DNA of 64,000 nucleotides from Octopus bimaculoides (taxonomy: Eukaryota): contig NC_068984.1 of NCBI RefSeq assembly GCF_001194135.2, positions 24,578,439 through 24,642,438 of the forward strand. The letters are read 5' to 3'. Both the position numbers and the translations under genes were made by a program. Numbering within the stretch: position 1 is the first letter of the stretch; each line of letters starts with the position of its first letter. The notes under the pieces are model-generated. The model did not search any database. It was not told the origin of the DNA and worked only from the letters and a program-made list of their open reading frames with translations. Shown here piece by piece: positions 50,039-62,410 of the stretch.

Positions 50039-51304
50039 GTAAGTGTTTTGATTTATTTTTGAGTCCATATTCTTTAGTTATTGTCTGTGTATGAAATGGT
50101 GAAATGGCTGAGGAGCTAAGATAATTAGATTACTAACTTATTGGATATATGTTGTATGCCTTTGTAGAAATCTTATTGTGACCCTGGGAAAAGCACAGGC
50201 ATCCACCATGAGGTGGATAGATTCTCTGATTAAAACATGCATATATAAATATATATTTATAAAGTAATTCTTAAAATTTAATTGCAAAAGTAAATACATT
50301 GCTACAATTAATTCACACAGACTATGGAACCATTAAATAACAATATTGTGTGTGCCTACCATCACTGGAACTTGCTCTGACTGATAGTGTCTGTTAAAAT
50401 GCATGCCTTGTGGGTTTTTATATTTACATTCTGAATTCAAATTCCACAGCTGTCAACTTTTTTTTCCTCCTTTCAAGTTATATAATATACTAATTAAAAC
50501 CTGGTTTTTCATTAAACTTACTGTACTCTTTCCCAAAATTAGTGACCTTGTATTTATGCATGAAATTATTGTTATTTTTCCATTTCATTGATAAGAAATA
50601 GATTTTCTTTTTATTTGTTCTGGAGGAAGAGACTGTGCCTTTGGTTTTTGTAGTCTCTCTTAGATCAGTGACATTAAAGTGGTTAATGTTCCTCTTGAAC
50701 TGTTATAAGTTGACAGTTGTTGGGGAAAACGTACAGTGAGAGATTTCCAGGGGAATGACATTCTGGGAAATAAGGGATAGGTATAGAGGGTTAGTGTGGC
50801 ACCTGGTGAGTGGGAGGTGGACACAATGTGGGTTTTTGAGAAAAAGAGAGGAATGTGTTATGAGTGCTTGAGTGTAGATGGTGTAAGACTAACCAGCACT
50901 GAGGAGGAGAAGTCATGGTTGTAGTGGTAGAAAAATGCAGAGAGATGAGATGGCACATCTATGGACTAATGGTTGGAGTGTGTTGGTGCCATTCAGTCAA
51001 TGTTTCTTTGGATTGGTGTAGGACGTTGGTGTAGGACATCTAGCACTAGCATTGTTCCAAACATGGAGCAGTAATTTATTGTGAGTCTTTCTTGAACTTT
51101 GTAAATGGTTAATAGTTGTTTATGGATGAAGTATTTTCTGGCTTTGAAAAGGAAGGCCAGTGTTTGTCTTTACTTTGTTGATGTGTGTTTGTCAGGAAAG
51201 ATCCTCACTGATGGTAATGTTAATCATTTGTAGCAGTAATGAGGATTCTAGTGGCATGCTATTTAGGGTTGAGCTGGAGTGTGCAATTGTTTTCTTGTTA
51301 TGAT

Positions 51305-51670
51305 AGGTGCAGATATGGCTGTGTGGTTAAGAAGCTTGCTTTGCAACCATTTGCTTTCAGGTTCAGTTTCACTGTACTGCACTTTAAGCTAGTGTCTTAT
51401 ACTATAGCTACAAGTCGACAAATGTGGTGAAGTTTGGTAAAAAGAAACTGTGAGAAAGCCTGGTGTGTGTGTGTGTGTGTCTGTGCTGTGTTTGTCCACC
51501 ATCAGTGCTTGAAACTTGGTATTGGTTTATATCCCCATAGCTTAGTAGTTTAGTAAAAGAGACTAACAAAATAAGCTACCAGTTTTTAAATGCAAGTAAT
51601 GTGGTCAATTCATTCGATTAAACTTTTCATGGTAATGCCCCAGCATGGCCAAAACCCGATAACTCAAACA
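51305..51670 (+). mobile_element. SINE (GGCGCAGG family), diverged
   Basis: GGTGCAGATATGGCTGTGTGGTTAAGAAGC head to GCCCCAGCATGGCC tail. Confidence 0.75.
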
Positions 51671-52145
51671 AGTTTTCTTAGGTATAGTTGTCTTGCATTC
51701 AGGAAATCCACCTGAAAAATTATCATGGTATCCATGTCACAGTTGATTGGTTTGTTAAGAATGGCACTATCCAACATCATCTTCCCTTTTATGGTTGAAT
51801 GACTGGTCTCAAGAGTATGTGATATGCAGGTTCAAATATTTGCTGTTTGATTTTATGTTTCAAGCAATATTATTGTAAACAATGCTAGCACTTGATACAG
51901 GAAATATTTTGTGATAATCATAAATCTTTCATAGCTATGCTTTTCAATTAACAATGCCTTTTAGTTTATAATTATACATTTTTCCTCATTCATATGTGTT
52001 ATGATTATGAACAGAGGTATGTTATGATTTGTGTTGATCACTGTACTGAAGCAATTATAGTGCTGAGACCAAGTCAATAAAGGGTAGCTTTAAGGAAGCT
52101 ACTTATACTATGATGTTAGTAAGTTCTTTGTTTTTATTTTATCAG

Positions 52146-52191
52146 TGATGGAGAATTTAATCGAAACTATGACCGCAAATTAACTGTAAAA
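52146..52191 (+). CDS. PDIA5: PDIA5 exon 5
   Basis: atcag|(H)DGEFNRNYDRKLTVK|gtaagt; 46 nt. Confidence 0.93.
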
Positions 52192-52896
52192 GTAAGTTTG
52201 TTTATTTTATTTAAAGAGAAACAATACAAGAATACTGTACAAATTAGTATTGGTATTGTAACTAAAAAAAATAATGCCGTTTGATTGTTTTAGATTTTCT
52301 TGATATTTTGTTGTATAAACACACATTCTGAAATTAATCCTGAAGGCTTGAAGGCATGACAATTTCCTATGGGTTTCTTCTGTATTGGAGAGGTTCTATA
52401 TTGGGAGAATATTAATACAGATAAAATTTGGTTTAAATTGTTTCAAATTATTGTAGTCCAGCCAGTTAAGCACTTGGCTTTATTGCTGTTTGTTTTGGTG
52501 CTTCATACTTTTGAGTTTTAGCCAGTCCCACTAGACTGGCTCCCATGCCGGTGGCATGCAAAAAGTACCATTTGAATGTGGTCATTGCCAGTGTCGCTTG
52601 ACAGGTTCCTGTGCAGGTGGCATGTAAAAAGCACCCTTTGAGTGTGGTCAATGCCAGTACTGCCTGACTGGGCCCTGTGCTGGTGGAACTTAAAAAACAC
52701 CCACTACACTCTCAGAGTGGTTGGTGTTAGGAAGGGCATCCAGCTGTAGAAACTTTGCCAGATCAAGGTGCTTAAGCCTTTTTGTTTACTTGCAAACATA
52801 TCCAATAAAAACAACTGCATTAGTGCTAAGCAGTGACTAGGAATAAATGAACTTTAGGTTAGTTAAAATATGTTTGTGGTATGTTTCAACTTCTAA

Positions 52897-53066
52897 AGGC
52901 AAATTCACTGCAGCTACTATGGTGAAAAAATGTTCTTTCTTATGGTAAAAAGTGTGAAATCACCATATCTGCCCTATAGTGTGAAGTACTGGGCAGATAT
53001 GGTGTTTTTACATCTTTTACCATAAGAAAGTATTTTTTCTCTATGATAACTGCATCGAATTTGCCT
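52897..53066. mobile_element. Fold-back MITE, Kolobok-like (170 bp)
   Basis: CTAA|AGGCAAATTC ... GAATTTGCCT|TTAA; near-complete internal palindrome centred near 52980. Confidence 0.65.
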
Positions 53067-53321
53067 TTAAAAGTTAAATATTTCACAAATATATTTTAAC
53101 TAACCTAAAGTTTGTTTATATCCAATACAACTTCAGAATTAGCTTTGCAAGTTTTATTATCTTTCTCTGAGTAATTAACATCAGTGATTTAGTTTCTTGT
53201 AAATAAGTCTGTTGAATCTGGGTATTGCATAAGTTGTTTGTGACTTATATTTTACTGCTAACTTTCCTTTTAGTTATTTATTTTTCTTTTATTTAAACCG
53301 TTTTTAAAAATTCCTTTTCAG

Positions 53322-53414
53322 TCAATGATAAAGTTTCTTCAAGATCCTAAAGGAGATATTCCATGGGATGAAGACCCAGAAGCTGAAAACATCGTCCACG
53401 TAGAGAGTGAACAG
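53322..53414 (+). CDS. PDIA5: PDIA5 exon 6
   Basis: tttcag|SMIKFLQDPKGDIPWDEDPEAENIVHVESEQ|gttaga; 93 nt; the diagnostic PDIA5 'FLKDPKG..WEEDP.A.DVVH' linker. Confidence 0.96.
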
Positions 53415-56014
53415 GTTAGATAGAACATATTGATTACATATGCTGTGTGTAAGGAACATGTCTACGTTTCACTGAACTTTTTTAGGTCATGTTTATTTAG
53501 TTTTCTACTAAATTCTACTAAATATTCTACTATTCATATTCTTTTAAAAGAAATAGTTTCCTGTTTATTAGCTTAAAAATGTGACTGATTTTGCAGATAG
53601 TTTATAGAGTCAAATTAAAAGAGTTTTTTTAAATTACAGCTGTCTATTTTTGTTTATGTAAAATCCTGGAGGTAAATAAGATCAATACTCAGTATTCTGA
53701 AGTCAGTAAATAAAATATATTAATTATCTTAGGGTAGGTGGTCACAAATGTAACTATAATTGGCTGACTGCATTTGACATACAGGCAAGTGTTTGACTAC
53801 ATACTTCTATGCATCTATCTGAATCAGTCAGAGTGGACCAAGGTTATGTAAAAACATAAAGAAAACTAGTGACAATTTTAGGTGGCAAATAGGAATACAA
53901 ATAGTTCAGAATAGGAATAAATTGCTTTGCTGTGGAGAAAAAAGAAAATCTAACGTTTTTGGTCAGACCCTTCTCTAGAGGGGGAGATAAAATGTTTTCT
54001 GATGGTACTTAATAAATAGATTAGGAATAAGAGAAAGAAAAATAGAAGTCACAAGATGTGACATATTTTCTCCTCTCTCATTATTACCAATCTATATATA
54101 AATTATCCTCAGAAAATATTATAGTGGGCATGGTTCATGCAGAGCCATCCCACCCTCTTGTCCTTCAAAGCTGTATTGATCTGGTGCAACAAGTGCCATG
54201 AGCTCAGTAGTTACCAAGTTATTGTGGTACAATATCTTTTAAATCATACATTGGAGAGTTTAGAGTAGATAATCTGTGTAGGGATCAGCTTGGCACTGAC
54301 TTGAATGTGGTAACATCGAAACTATGATTTACTATAATTTTTCTTTTATTTATAATATTTTGTTTACTGATTATTTATTTTATTAATGTAGTAATATTGT
54401 GTTATTTATTTATTTATGATTTTGTTTGTTATATTTATAATTTGTGCAACCTTGTTATACATTGTATAGTATATTGTTAGTCACTTGTAAAACAGAATAA
54501 CTACAGAAAACATAACTATGGTAAGTTAATTTTCTGATAATAATTAAAATCCTATTGAAGAGTATGATAAATAATGTAAAGCTAAATACCGGTGACATAG
54601 ATAATCTTTAGACATATCATTTAGCACCGGACTTTAACCACTGTGGCAAAGTTTAGAAGAGAATAAAAAAAATATCTTTGAACAATATTAGAAGAGAAAA
54701 CTCTCTTGTCTTCTGTTCTGTCTCAAGGTAAGAACTGTTATACTTCTCATAGTGTTTTTTTTATGTCTTAGCCAAAAAGAGAGGGAAGCATTCATAATTT
54801 TTTGTTTCAAAACTTCCAAATTTATTGAAAGAAGAGAAGTAAAAAAAAAACTGATTCTCAGATCATAGACCCAGTTGAAATGCTTGTAACAGAATGAATT
54901 CCACTAAAGATATACACAGAAGTGTTAAACTGGGTAATGTTTTAAGCATACTACCAAAGAACAGGTGTACTTTATGTGATGGGATAATACACAGTTTCCA
55001 TCTACCGCGTTTCATTTCCAAATCTTTGCTTGATTTAGGATTACAACAAAAGATAATATCCCAAATTGTGGCACAGTGAGAATTGACCCAAAACCACATA
55101 TTTGTAAAGTGAACTTTTTAACTTCATGTCCATACTTGTATCTGATTTAATGTTGTGGTTTTATAGATTAAGAGGAGAGATAGTCTTCTACAAAGTAGTT
55201 TACAAGCTAGAACAAGAAGCCAAGTAAAGCCTAGAATGATGGTCGTTGAAACTCCCTTAAAGCATGACAACCAGCAACTGTAGACATATCACCAAAAGAC
55301 CAGTATCAGAGCATGTCAACAACAAATAAACAGCTTTTGATTGAAAATCTAGCAGTTTGATTAAAGATTGCTTTCAAAAGTTTAGGTTCAGTTGTATTTC
55401 AAAGAATTTGGAAAAGAATTAATGGAGATATTAACTAGAAGAAACAATTTAAAAAAAATTGGCTGGGTATTCATAAGTAACTTAGTGATTTAATTTTGGA
55501 GTTAATTCTTCTCTAAACAAGGAATTTCACACACTCTAAACAAGAAGTTAATTCATACTTAAGACGTATCAAACCGCTTTTATTCAATTATATATGCAAT
55601 TTATTCTCCATTTTCATTGCTGTGGAATAATAGTTACCAAAATCTGTCACAAAGTTAGACTTGTATTCTACCGCTGAAACACTGTTATTTCACATTCTGT
55701 TGAAAGTTTAAATGTAGTCCAATGTGATATTAAAGAATAATCATCATTTTCTCATATTTGATTTAGGTTAGCTTGGTCTACAAAGTTATATTTTTCATTA
55801 TACTCTATATTAAAAAATGCAATCACATCTATATTTAGGTTGACAGGTTACAACACTTTTGTTTTTTTTTTTCCTTTTACTGTTTTGTATTCCTTGTTTC
55901 CTCTATTAGCATGAGTTCACTGGGTTTCTTCAGTTTGTATGCTTGTATAATGTTGAAGCAATGTGCTTCACTTAGGCAAATAGAATTCAGCTGAAACTTT
56001 GTTAAAGTTCACAT

Positions 56015-56380
56015 ATGTGCAGGCATGGCTGTGTAGTAAGAAGCTTGCTTCCCAACCACATGGTTCTGGTTCAGTTCCACTGCATGACACCTTGGGCAAG
56101 GGGTCTTCTACTACAGTCCTAGGACGACCAAATCCTTGTGAGTGGATTTGACAGACGGAAACTGAAAGAATCTCATTGAATGTGTGTGTGTGTGTATGTG
56201 TGTATGTGAAAACTGGTGTAGGTTTGTTTACATCCCTGAAATTTGGCAGTTTGGTAAAAGAAACCAATAAAATAAGTACCAGACTTAAAAAAAATACTGG
56301 GGTTGATTTGTTTGACTAAAAACTCATCAAGGCAGTGCCCTAGCATGGCTGCAGTCTAATGACTAAAACAAGTAAAAGAT
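56015..56380 (+). mobile_element. SINE (GGCGCAGG family)
   Basis: Full head, core and tail recognisable. Confidence 0.85.
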
Positions 56381-57058
56381 AACAGACATATTATGTGCTG
56401 TCATTAGTTGGACAGGTATAATGCTTTTGTTAATACTTTAAACAGTCAATTAGATTTCAGTGTTTCTTATCAGGGAAGGAAACAAAAAAAATGTAAATTA
56501 ATATATTTTCTGTTAAATCAGCTTTTCAATGCGAGCCTGAATGGTTTGGTTTTTGTGTGCAAAATTGTTCTATAAATGGGCACTTTTTATATTGTTTAAC
56601 TATGTAAGATTAGTAGTTGTGTGTCAGGCAAGGTGAGGTAAGAAGACTTAGAATAGCTACTAACTGTTAAATAGATTGCATTTATTTTGTTTTTAACTAT
56701 CAATTGACAATGAGTTGTGGACTATGTTGAAAAGATCAGCAAAGAAGGTTTTATATTAAAAGAAAAGTAAAGAATCATAAAATCAGGTAAAAAGTATATA
56801 GTTTAACTTCGGATGATAGCAGGACTAATTGAAATATTGAACTATTGGAATACTGAAGGTGAAAAACAGGTAATACCATTTACCATTTACAGTTTGGTAA
56901 TTGTGATATTTTGGTTAAAATTGCCCATCGTCACTTGGAACAAGCATCCATTGAATCTAATTAGCATACTTTTACAGCTTCTATGGGATATCTTTTAAAA
57001 ATCTTTCTTAATATCTCTGTATTGGATTAATTAGATACAAGTGTTGCTTTTGTTTCAG

Positions 57059-57119
57059 AAACTTAACAAAATGTTGAAGAAACAAAGGCTGCCAATGCTG
57101 CTTATGTTCTACGCACCTT
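57059..57119 (+). CDS. PDIA5: PDIA5 exon 7
   Basis: tttcag|KLNKMLKKQRLPMLLMFYAP T|gtaagt; 61 nt; thioredoxin 'MFYAPW'. Confidence 0.95.
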
Positions 57120-58287
57120 GTAAGTAGGGCTTGAGAATAGTTCAACATTTTTGTTACTTCTATGGATGGTTCTTGCATATAAAGAAGAGAACAGAGCTTT
57201 CTAGAAAGATAATAGCAAAACAAGTCATTACTAAATAAATTTTTCAGTTGTTAATCCCTAAATGGTATTTAAATAATGCTTTAAAGTAATTTTATTTTGT
57301 TGTTAAAAATTATCAATCATTTTGAAAACATTGGCATTTCTTAGCTCTTTTCTTTCCTTTTATTTCAAAAGTCTATTTTATTTTATGCTATTACTAATGC
57401 TTTTACTAATCCTCTAGTAATCCAACTATTACTAATCCTTCACTAACGCTATTGTTATCTTTTTACATGATGAAGACATCTGTATTAGTATTTATTATAA
57501 CAATACTATAACATTAACTATCTTTAGATGCTGTTTAGCCCCAGGTTGCTTATGAGGTCAAGCACACCTATAATCAAAGACATTTAGGCTATTGCCATCC
57601 TGTAAATTTTTCGAATACCTTTCTTTTATTGAAAATGATTGTACAGGATATGAAGAAGATTTGGTTGCTACTACTAGTAGACCATATGAATTGGGACTCC
57701 CTCAGTATAAGTACCAGCAGTATAGTAAGATTAATATAGAGTACTATGTCTATTCCCATTAATCACAACTGGTCTTGTGTCTAACCAAAAGAACCCATTA
57801 TAAACCTGTTTATTATGTTTCATAATAATTTTTATTTTTGTTGTTTTTTTTTGATTTTTGTTACCATAGAGTTGGTGCAAAGGTTAAATTGTCCAAGGCT
57901 ATAATAGTGCATCAGATAAAATTGTTTATGATATTTAGTTAGCTGTTTTAGAGTCTTTAATCTTGCCTGAGCTAACTATGCTTGTCAACTCTTCAGGGCC
58001 AAGGAAAGTAGTACCAGGGCTGGTTATATGAAATATGACTCATTACTTAATTAACCTTTTTTGCATAACGAAAAGAAATAATTTTCAAGATAGAAGGAAT
58101 GAAAAAGGTCGACAATCAAAGATTCAAACTAGAGTGTTTTCTCATCTTTCTGAATGATATTCTGAATCTGTCGTATGGTTTTATACAATGATAAGAGTTC
58201 ACAGAAATTGAACTAGAAAAACTTATGCAAACATTGTAAGTGGTATTAATTAAAAACATTAAAATTTTCATAAGTTCAAATTAAATG

Positions 58288-58650
58288 TTTATAAGGCACA
58301 CACACACACACATGCACACGCACACATACACATGCACACACACACACATGCACGCACAAACACACATGCACACACATGCATGCACATACACACATGCACA
58401 TGCACACACACATACATACACACACACACATGCACGCACACACATGCATGCACACACATGCATGCACATACACACATGCACGCACATACTTACACACATG
58501 CACACACACACATGCATGCACGCACACACATACACACATGCATGCACATACACACATGCACATGCACACACACATACACACATATGCATGCACAAACACA
58601 CATACATGCACATGCATGCGCACACATGTATACACTCACACATGTACATG
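58288..58650. repeat. Compound (CA)n/ATGCAC purine-pyrimidine repeat
   Basis: About 360 bp of CACA/CATG/TGCA units; source of the spurious HT/CV-rich ORFs. Confidence 0.95.
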
Positions 58651-60129
58651 AACAGGGTGAAGCAGAATGAAGCAAGTCATTAACTGAGTCAATCCTCTCT
58701 CGTTTGCTGAACAACATGTCAATCACTCTTTGTATTGATGAGTCACTTCTGAACATTTTGCTCAGTAATAAATATTTCTGTTTAACAAACCACATAATCA
58801 ATGGTATTGAAACCTAACTCACATTTCTAAAATGGAAATGCGTGCATATAAATTTATATATGTATTAATATTATTTTGTGGTAAATTTGTTTGGTTATTA
58901 TAACTTAACTGAATAGTTATTTTACAATATTATAACAACTTATAATGGACCCTAATTTTCATCTAATGAACACTCTGTAATACTTTAAATATTTCATTAG
59001 GCCTCAGTATTTACCATTTTGTTTCACTTTATTGAGTAGAGCAGTTCGAAAGGAGTGTGAATTGCCTCCAGTTTCACTGCTATTAAGTTGTTTTTTTATT
59101 GTAGCTTTACTATTTGATTCCAGTTTCTTCTATTGGAATTATCATGCTGTAAATTTTATCCTCCCTTTTCTCTTGCTCTCTGTCTGCCTGTCTTCCTACT
59201 CAACTGCACATACAGTTTCTCTCCAGTAACATTACATTATAATCATTAACTTTGAATGTTTTCCCATCCTGCCAGCATTTAATCTGCAGAAGTTTAAGCA
59301 AAGTATTCACTGCACTAATCCAACCCTTTAATGCTTGATGATATTTCTATTCTTATAGAGTCTCTTCAGTCAATGAACAGAAACCTTCTAATCTGGTAAG
59401 GAAAAGAAAAGAGAAAGAAAAAAATGAATAAAGCTTAAACTTGAATGTTCTTGTTTTAAAAACTATTGTTCAATAATTTCTTCATAAACCAGAGTCAAAT
59501 ATTTCTATTTCACAACTGGTATGTCCAGAGAAATTGATGTATTATTAAATTTCTATTTAATGTCATTGATGATTTTTTTTTTAGAATAATTGTATTTTTA
59601 TTTTATTTTTGTATTGATACTTTTAACAGGTATTTCTCTATAACAGTTGTCAAATCAAATTTTTGAAATTTTGTTAACAATTCATGCCTGTCTAGCAACA
59701 ACAGCATTTTAAATTTACATTGAAAGATTGTCTTTGGAGAAAGATAAATAACAAAAGTAAATAGTAATTGATTCAGTCTGATTACCTAGTTACTTCAAAT
59801 ATTTATTTAACAACATCTAACTATCTTGAATTGTCAAGTTTTACTAATATTTATTTGTCTGATTGACTGGAAAACCAGTGGCAGAAATAGTACATTAGAC
59901 AAATTACTTTGCAATATTTAGTTGTGTTCAAACCTCATTTGAACTGGTTTTGCTTTTCATCTCTCTGGAATTGGAAAAAAAAAAGAATTTAATTCCAGGC
60001 TTATACTGGGGTGGATTCTATTCTCCCTACTGCTTCTTTATAAAGCTGTGATCTTGTGTCAGTGAGAGAAATCGATATTTATTTGAATGGATTTACCTAA
60101 AATTTTTATATTTTCTACTTAATTTGTAG

Positions 60130-60197
60130 GGTGTGGTTTCTGTAAAAGATTAAAACCAGAGTTTTCTGCTGCTGCTACAGAATTGAAAGGAAAAGCA
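60130..60197 (+). CDS. PDIA5: PDIA5 exon 8 (active site WCGFC)
   Basis: tgtag|GG TGT GGT TTC TGT = (W)CGFCKRLKPEFSAAATELKGKA|gtgagt; 68 nt. Confidence 0.96.
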
Positions 60198-61317
60198 GTG
60201 AGTTGTTTTTTCTTTTTTTATTTGACTTGAAAGTCTTATGAGAACAATTATTTCATGTGTAAACTTAAATATATGAAATTAATAAAAATCCAATGTTGTG
60301 TTTTATTTGAGACTNNNNNNNNNNNNNNNNNNNNNNNNNNNNNNNNNNNNNNNNNNNNNNNNNNNNNNNNNNNNNNNNNNNNNNNNNNNNNNNNNNNNNN
60401 NNNNNNNNNNNNNNAGTATATTTATACAGTAGTATATTTATATTTTGTAGTATATTTATACAGAAAAAGTAAGTATTATTCCATCCAACATAAATAAAAG
60501 TCAACTTCATCATATTTAGGCCCTTATTTTTTCTGTAAAAACCTATTTTGACATTAAATGAGTCAACTTCTGGTACAAATGTTTACATTTTGTTTGTCTT
60601 TTTTTCAACAAAAAAATATTTCTACAAAAAATTCTGGAAACGATTTACTCATGAAATTTACACACCCCTAAAGCTTATTTTTACTTTTGTGAAAAAAAAA
60701 ATGTGTAAATTACATTGGTTTTTATGGTACTTGGCTTTAATGAAGAATTACAGCAAGATAAAACTGGGTAGAAAGTTGTATTGTAAGACTCATCCAATTC
60801 CTACAAACTTTGAAAAATGGATATTGGGATGGGAATTTTAGCAACTGATAAATGATTTTGTTAGTAAATTATGGCAATTGAAAGCACTTATGTGAGTAAA
60901 TTATGGCACTTACAGTTTTATTAGATAGTATACTGTTTGCACAGTAGAAAGAACCACTGTTGTTAAGAAAGATTGTAATTCCCTAAATATCTGTATACTT
61001 GAAACCCTAGCTAGTATATCTTAGTTCTATCTTCATTACAAAATAACAGATGTTTTAAAGTTTCAGTTCGCCATTTTACCTAACCACATTTTTCATGACT
61101 GTTAATTGTATTATTACATTCCATTGAATCTAATGTTTGTTTGCTAGAGATAACATTAGATTTTTTGCACTAACATCATGTAAATAACCACAGAATATTG
61201 AATTCTTGCTTATTCTTTGCCTGTCATATTTGTCTATATATTCAATTCATGCCAGCAAATAAGGATAGTAATGTGTTGCTGTTTATATTTCAATGAATAA
61301 CAATTTTATACTTACAG

Positions 61318-61409
61318 ATTTTAGCTGGTCTTGATGCAGACAACCCTCAGTTTTTCCAGTTAAGATTGCAGTACAACATCACTGGCTTCCCAACTATCTT
61401 TTACTTTGA
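61318..61409 (+). CDS. PDIA5: PDIA5 exon 9
   Basis: ttacag|ILAGLDADNPQFFQLRLQYNITGFPTIFYF(E)|gtaagt; 92 nt; thioredoxin cis-Pro motif GFPT. Confidence 0.96.
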
Positions 61410-62341
61410 GTAAGTAAACATATGAAACTAGTAAATTTCAGTGAATTTAGGTTTGCTTTTACAAACTATCAGTTTCTTCAAGCTATACCATATTGAATCA
61501 AATTTAATATTTATACTTCTAAGGTAGCAAGCTGGTAGAATTGTTAGCAGGCTGAGCAAAATGCTGAATGTCGTTTCATCTGTCTCTGCATTTTGAGTTC
61601 AAATTCTGCTGGGGTCAACTTTGCCTTTCATCCTTTTGGGGGTTGGTAAAATAAGTATCAGTTGAACACTGGAGTTGATCTAATCAACTTACCCACTCTC
61701 CCAAAACTGCTGGCCTTGTGTCAAAATTCAAAATCATAGAAATTAGTTCTGTTTTCTTTTTTCAGTTTCAGTATAAAGTTTTATTTTTGTTGTTCTTTGT
61801 GTGAGGGCACAAAACCCTGTTTTTGTTGTCTTGGATGTTGATACATAGCTCTATTCTTACAGCTTTGGAATACCCTTTCCAGTATATTTATTTCTATTTC
61901 TGGGATCTATACTGTCAAGAATGCATTAGCTTTATTTACCAACAGAAGAACTTGCAACATCTTTAAGTAGCTTTTGCTTCTCTGATGTTTATTTACCAAC
62001 AGTACAACACTGAATATCACACTTTATTGTAAATAGTTAAATAGTTTGACTCATCACTGTTTTTCAGTTCATGCTCCTCTAAGGTTGATAATTTAACTAC
62101 ACAGAATATAAGGACTAGTTGACTAAACTATACTTCTCCAATTACCAAAATATAGGGCATTTTCTGTAGTCAAAAGGAAACCATTTTAACAATTAAACAA
62201 CTAAGTAAACTATTGTGTGAAGTATTTTAAAGCTAAGAGTAAACAGATAACTATGATGTATCTGAACTTTTTTTGACAGGTGACATGAAATATGATATTG
62301 TCTGATTTTGGTTAAAATAAAGATCAATTTATGTTTTGCAG

Positions 62342-62410
62342 AAATGGAAAATCATTATTTCAGTATGGCGGGGAAAATACAAGAAGTGGAATCGTTAAAT
62401 GGATGTCAAA
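62342..62410 (+). CDS. PDIA5: PDIA5 exon 10 (gene continues beyond window)
   Basis: ttgcag|(E)NGKSLFQYGGENTRSGIVKWMS AA|gtaagc; 69 nt. No convincing exon 11 before 64000. Confidence 0.93.

Noticed and set aside
58276-58801. His/Thr- and Cys/Val-rich ORFs
   Set aside because: Translations of a CA/TG microsatellite.
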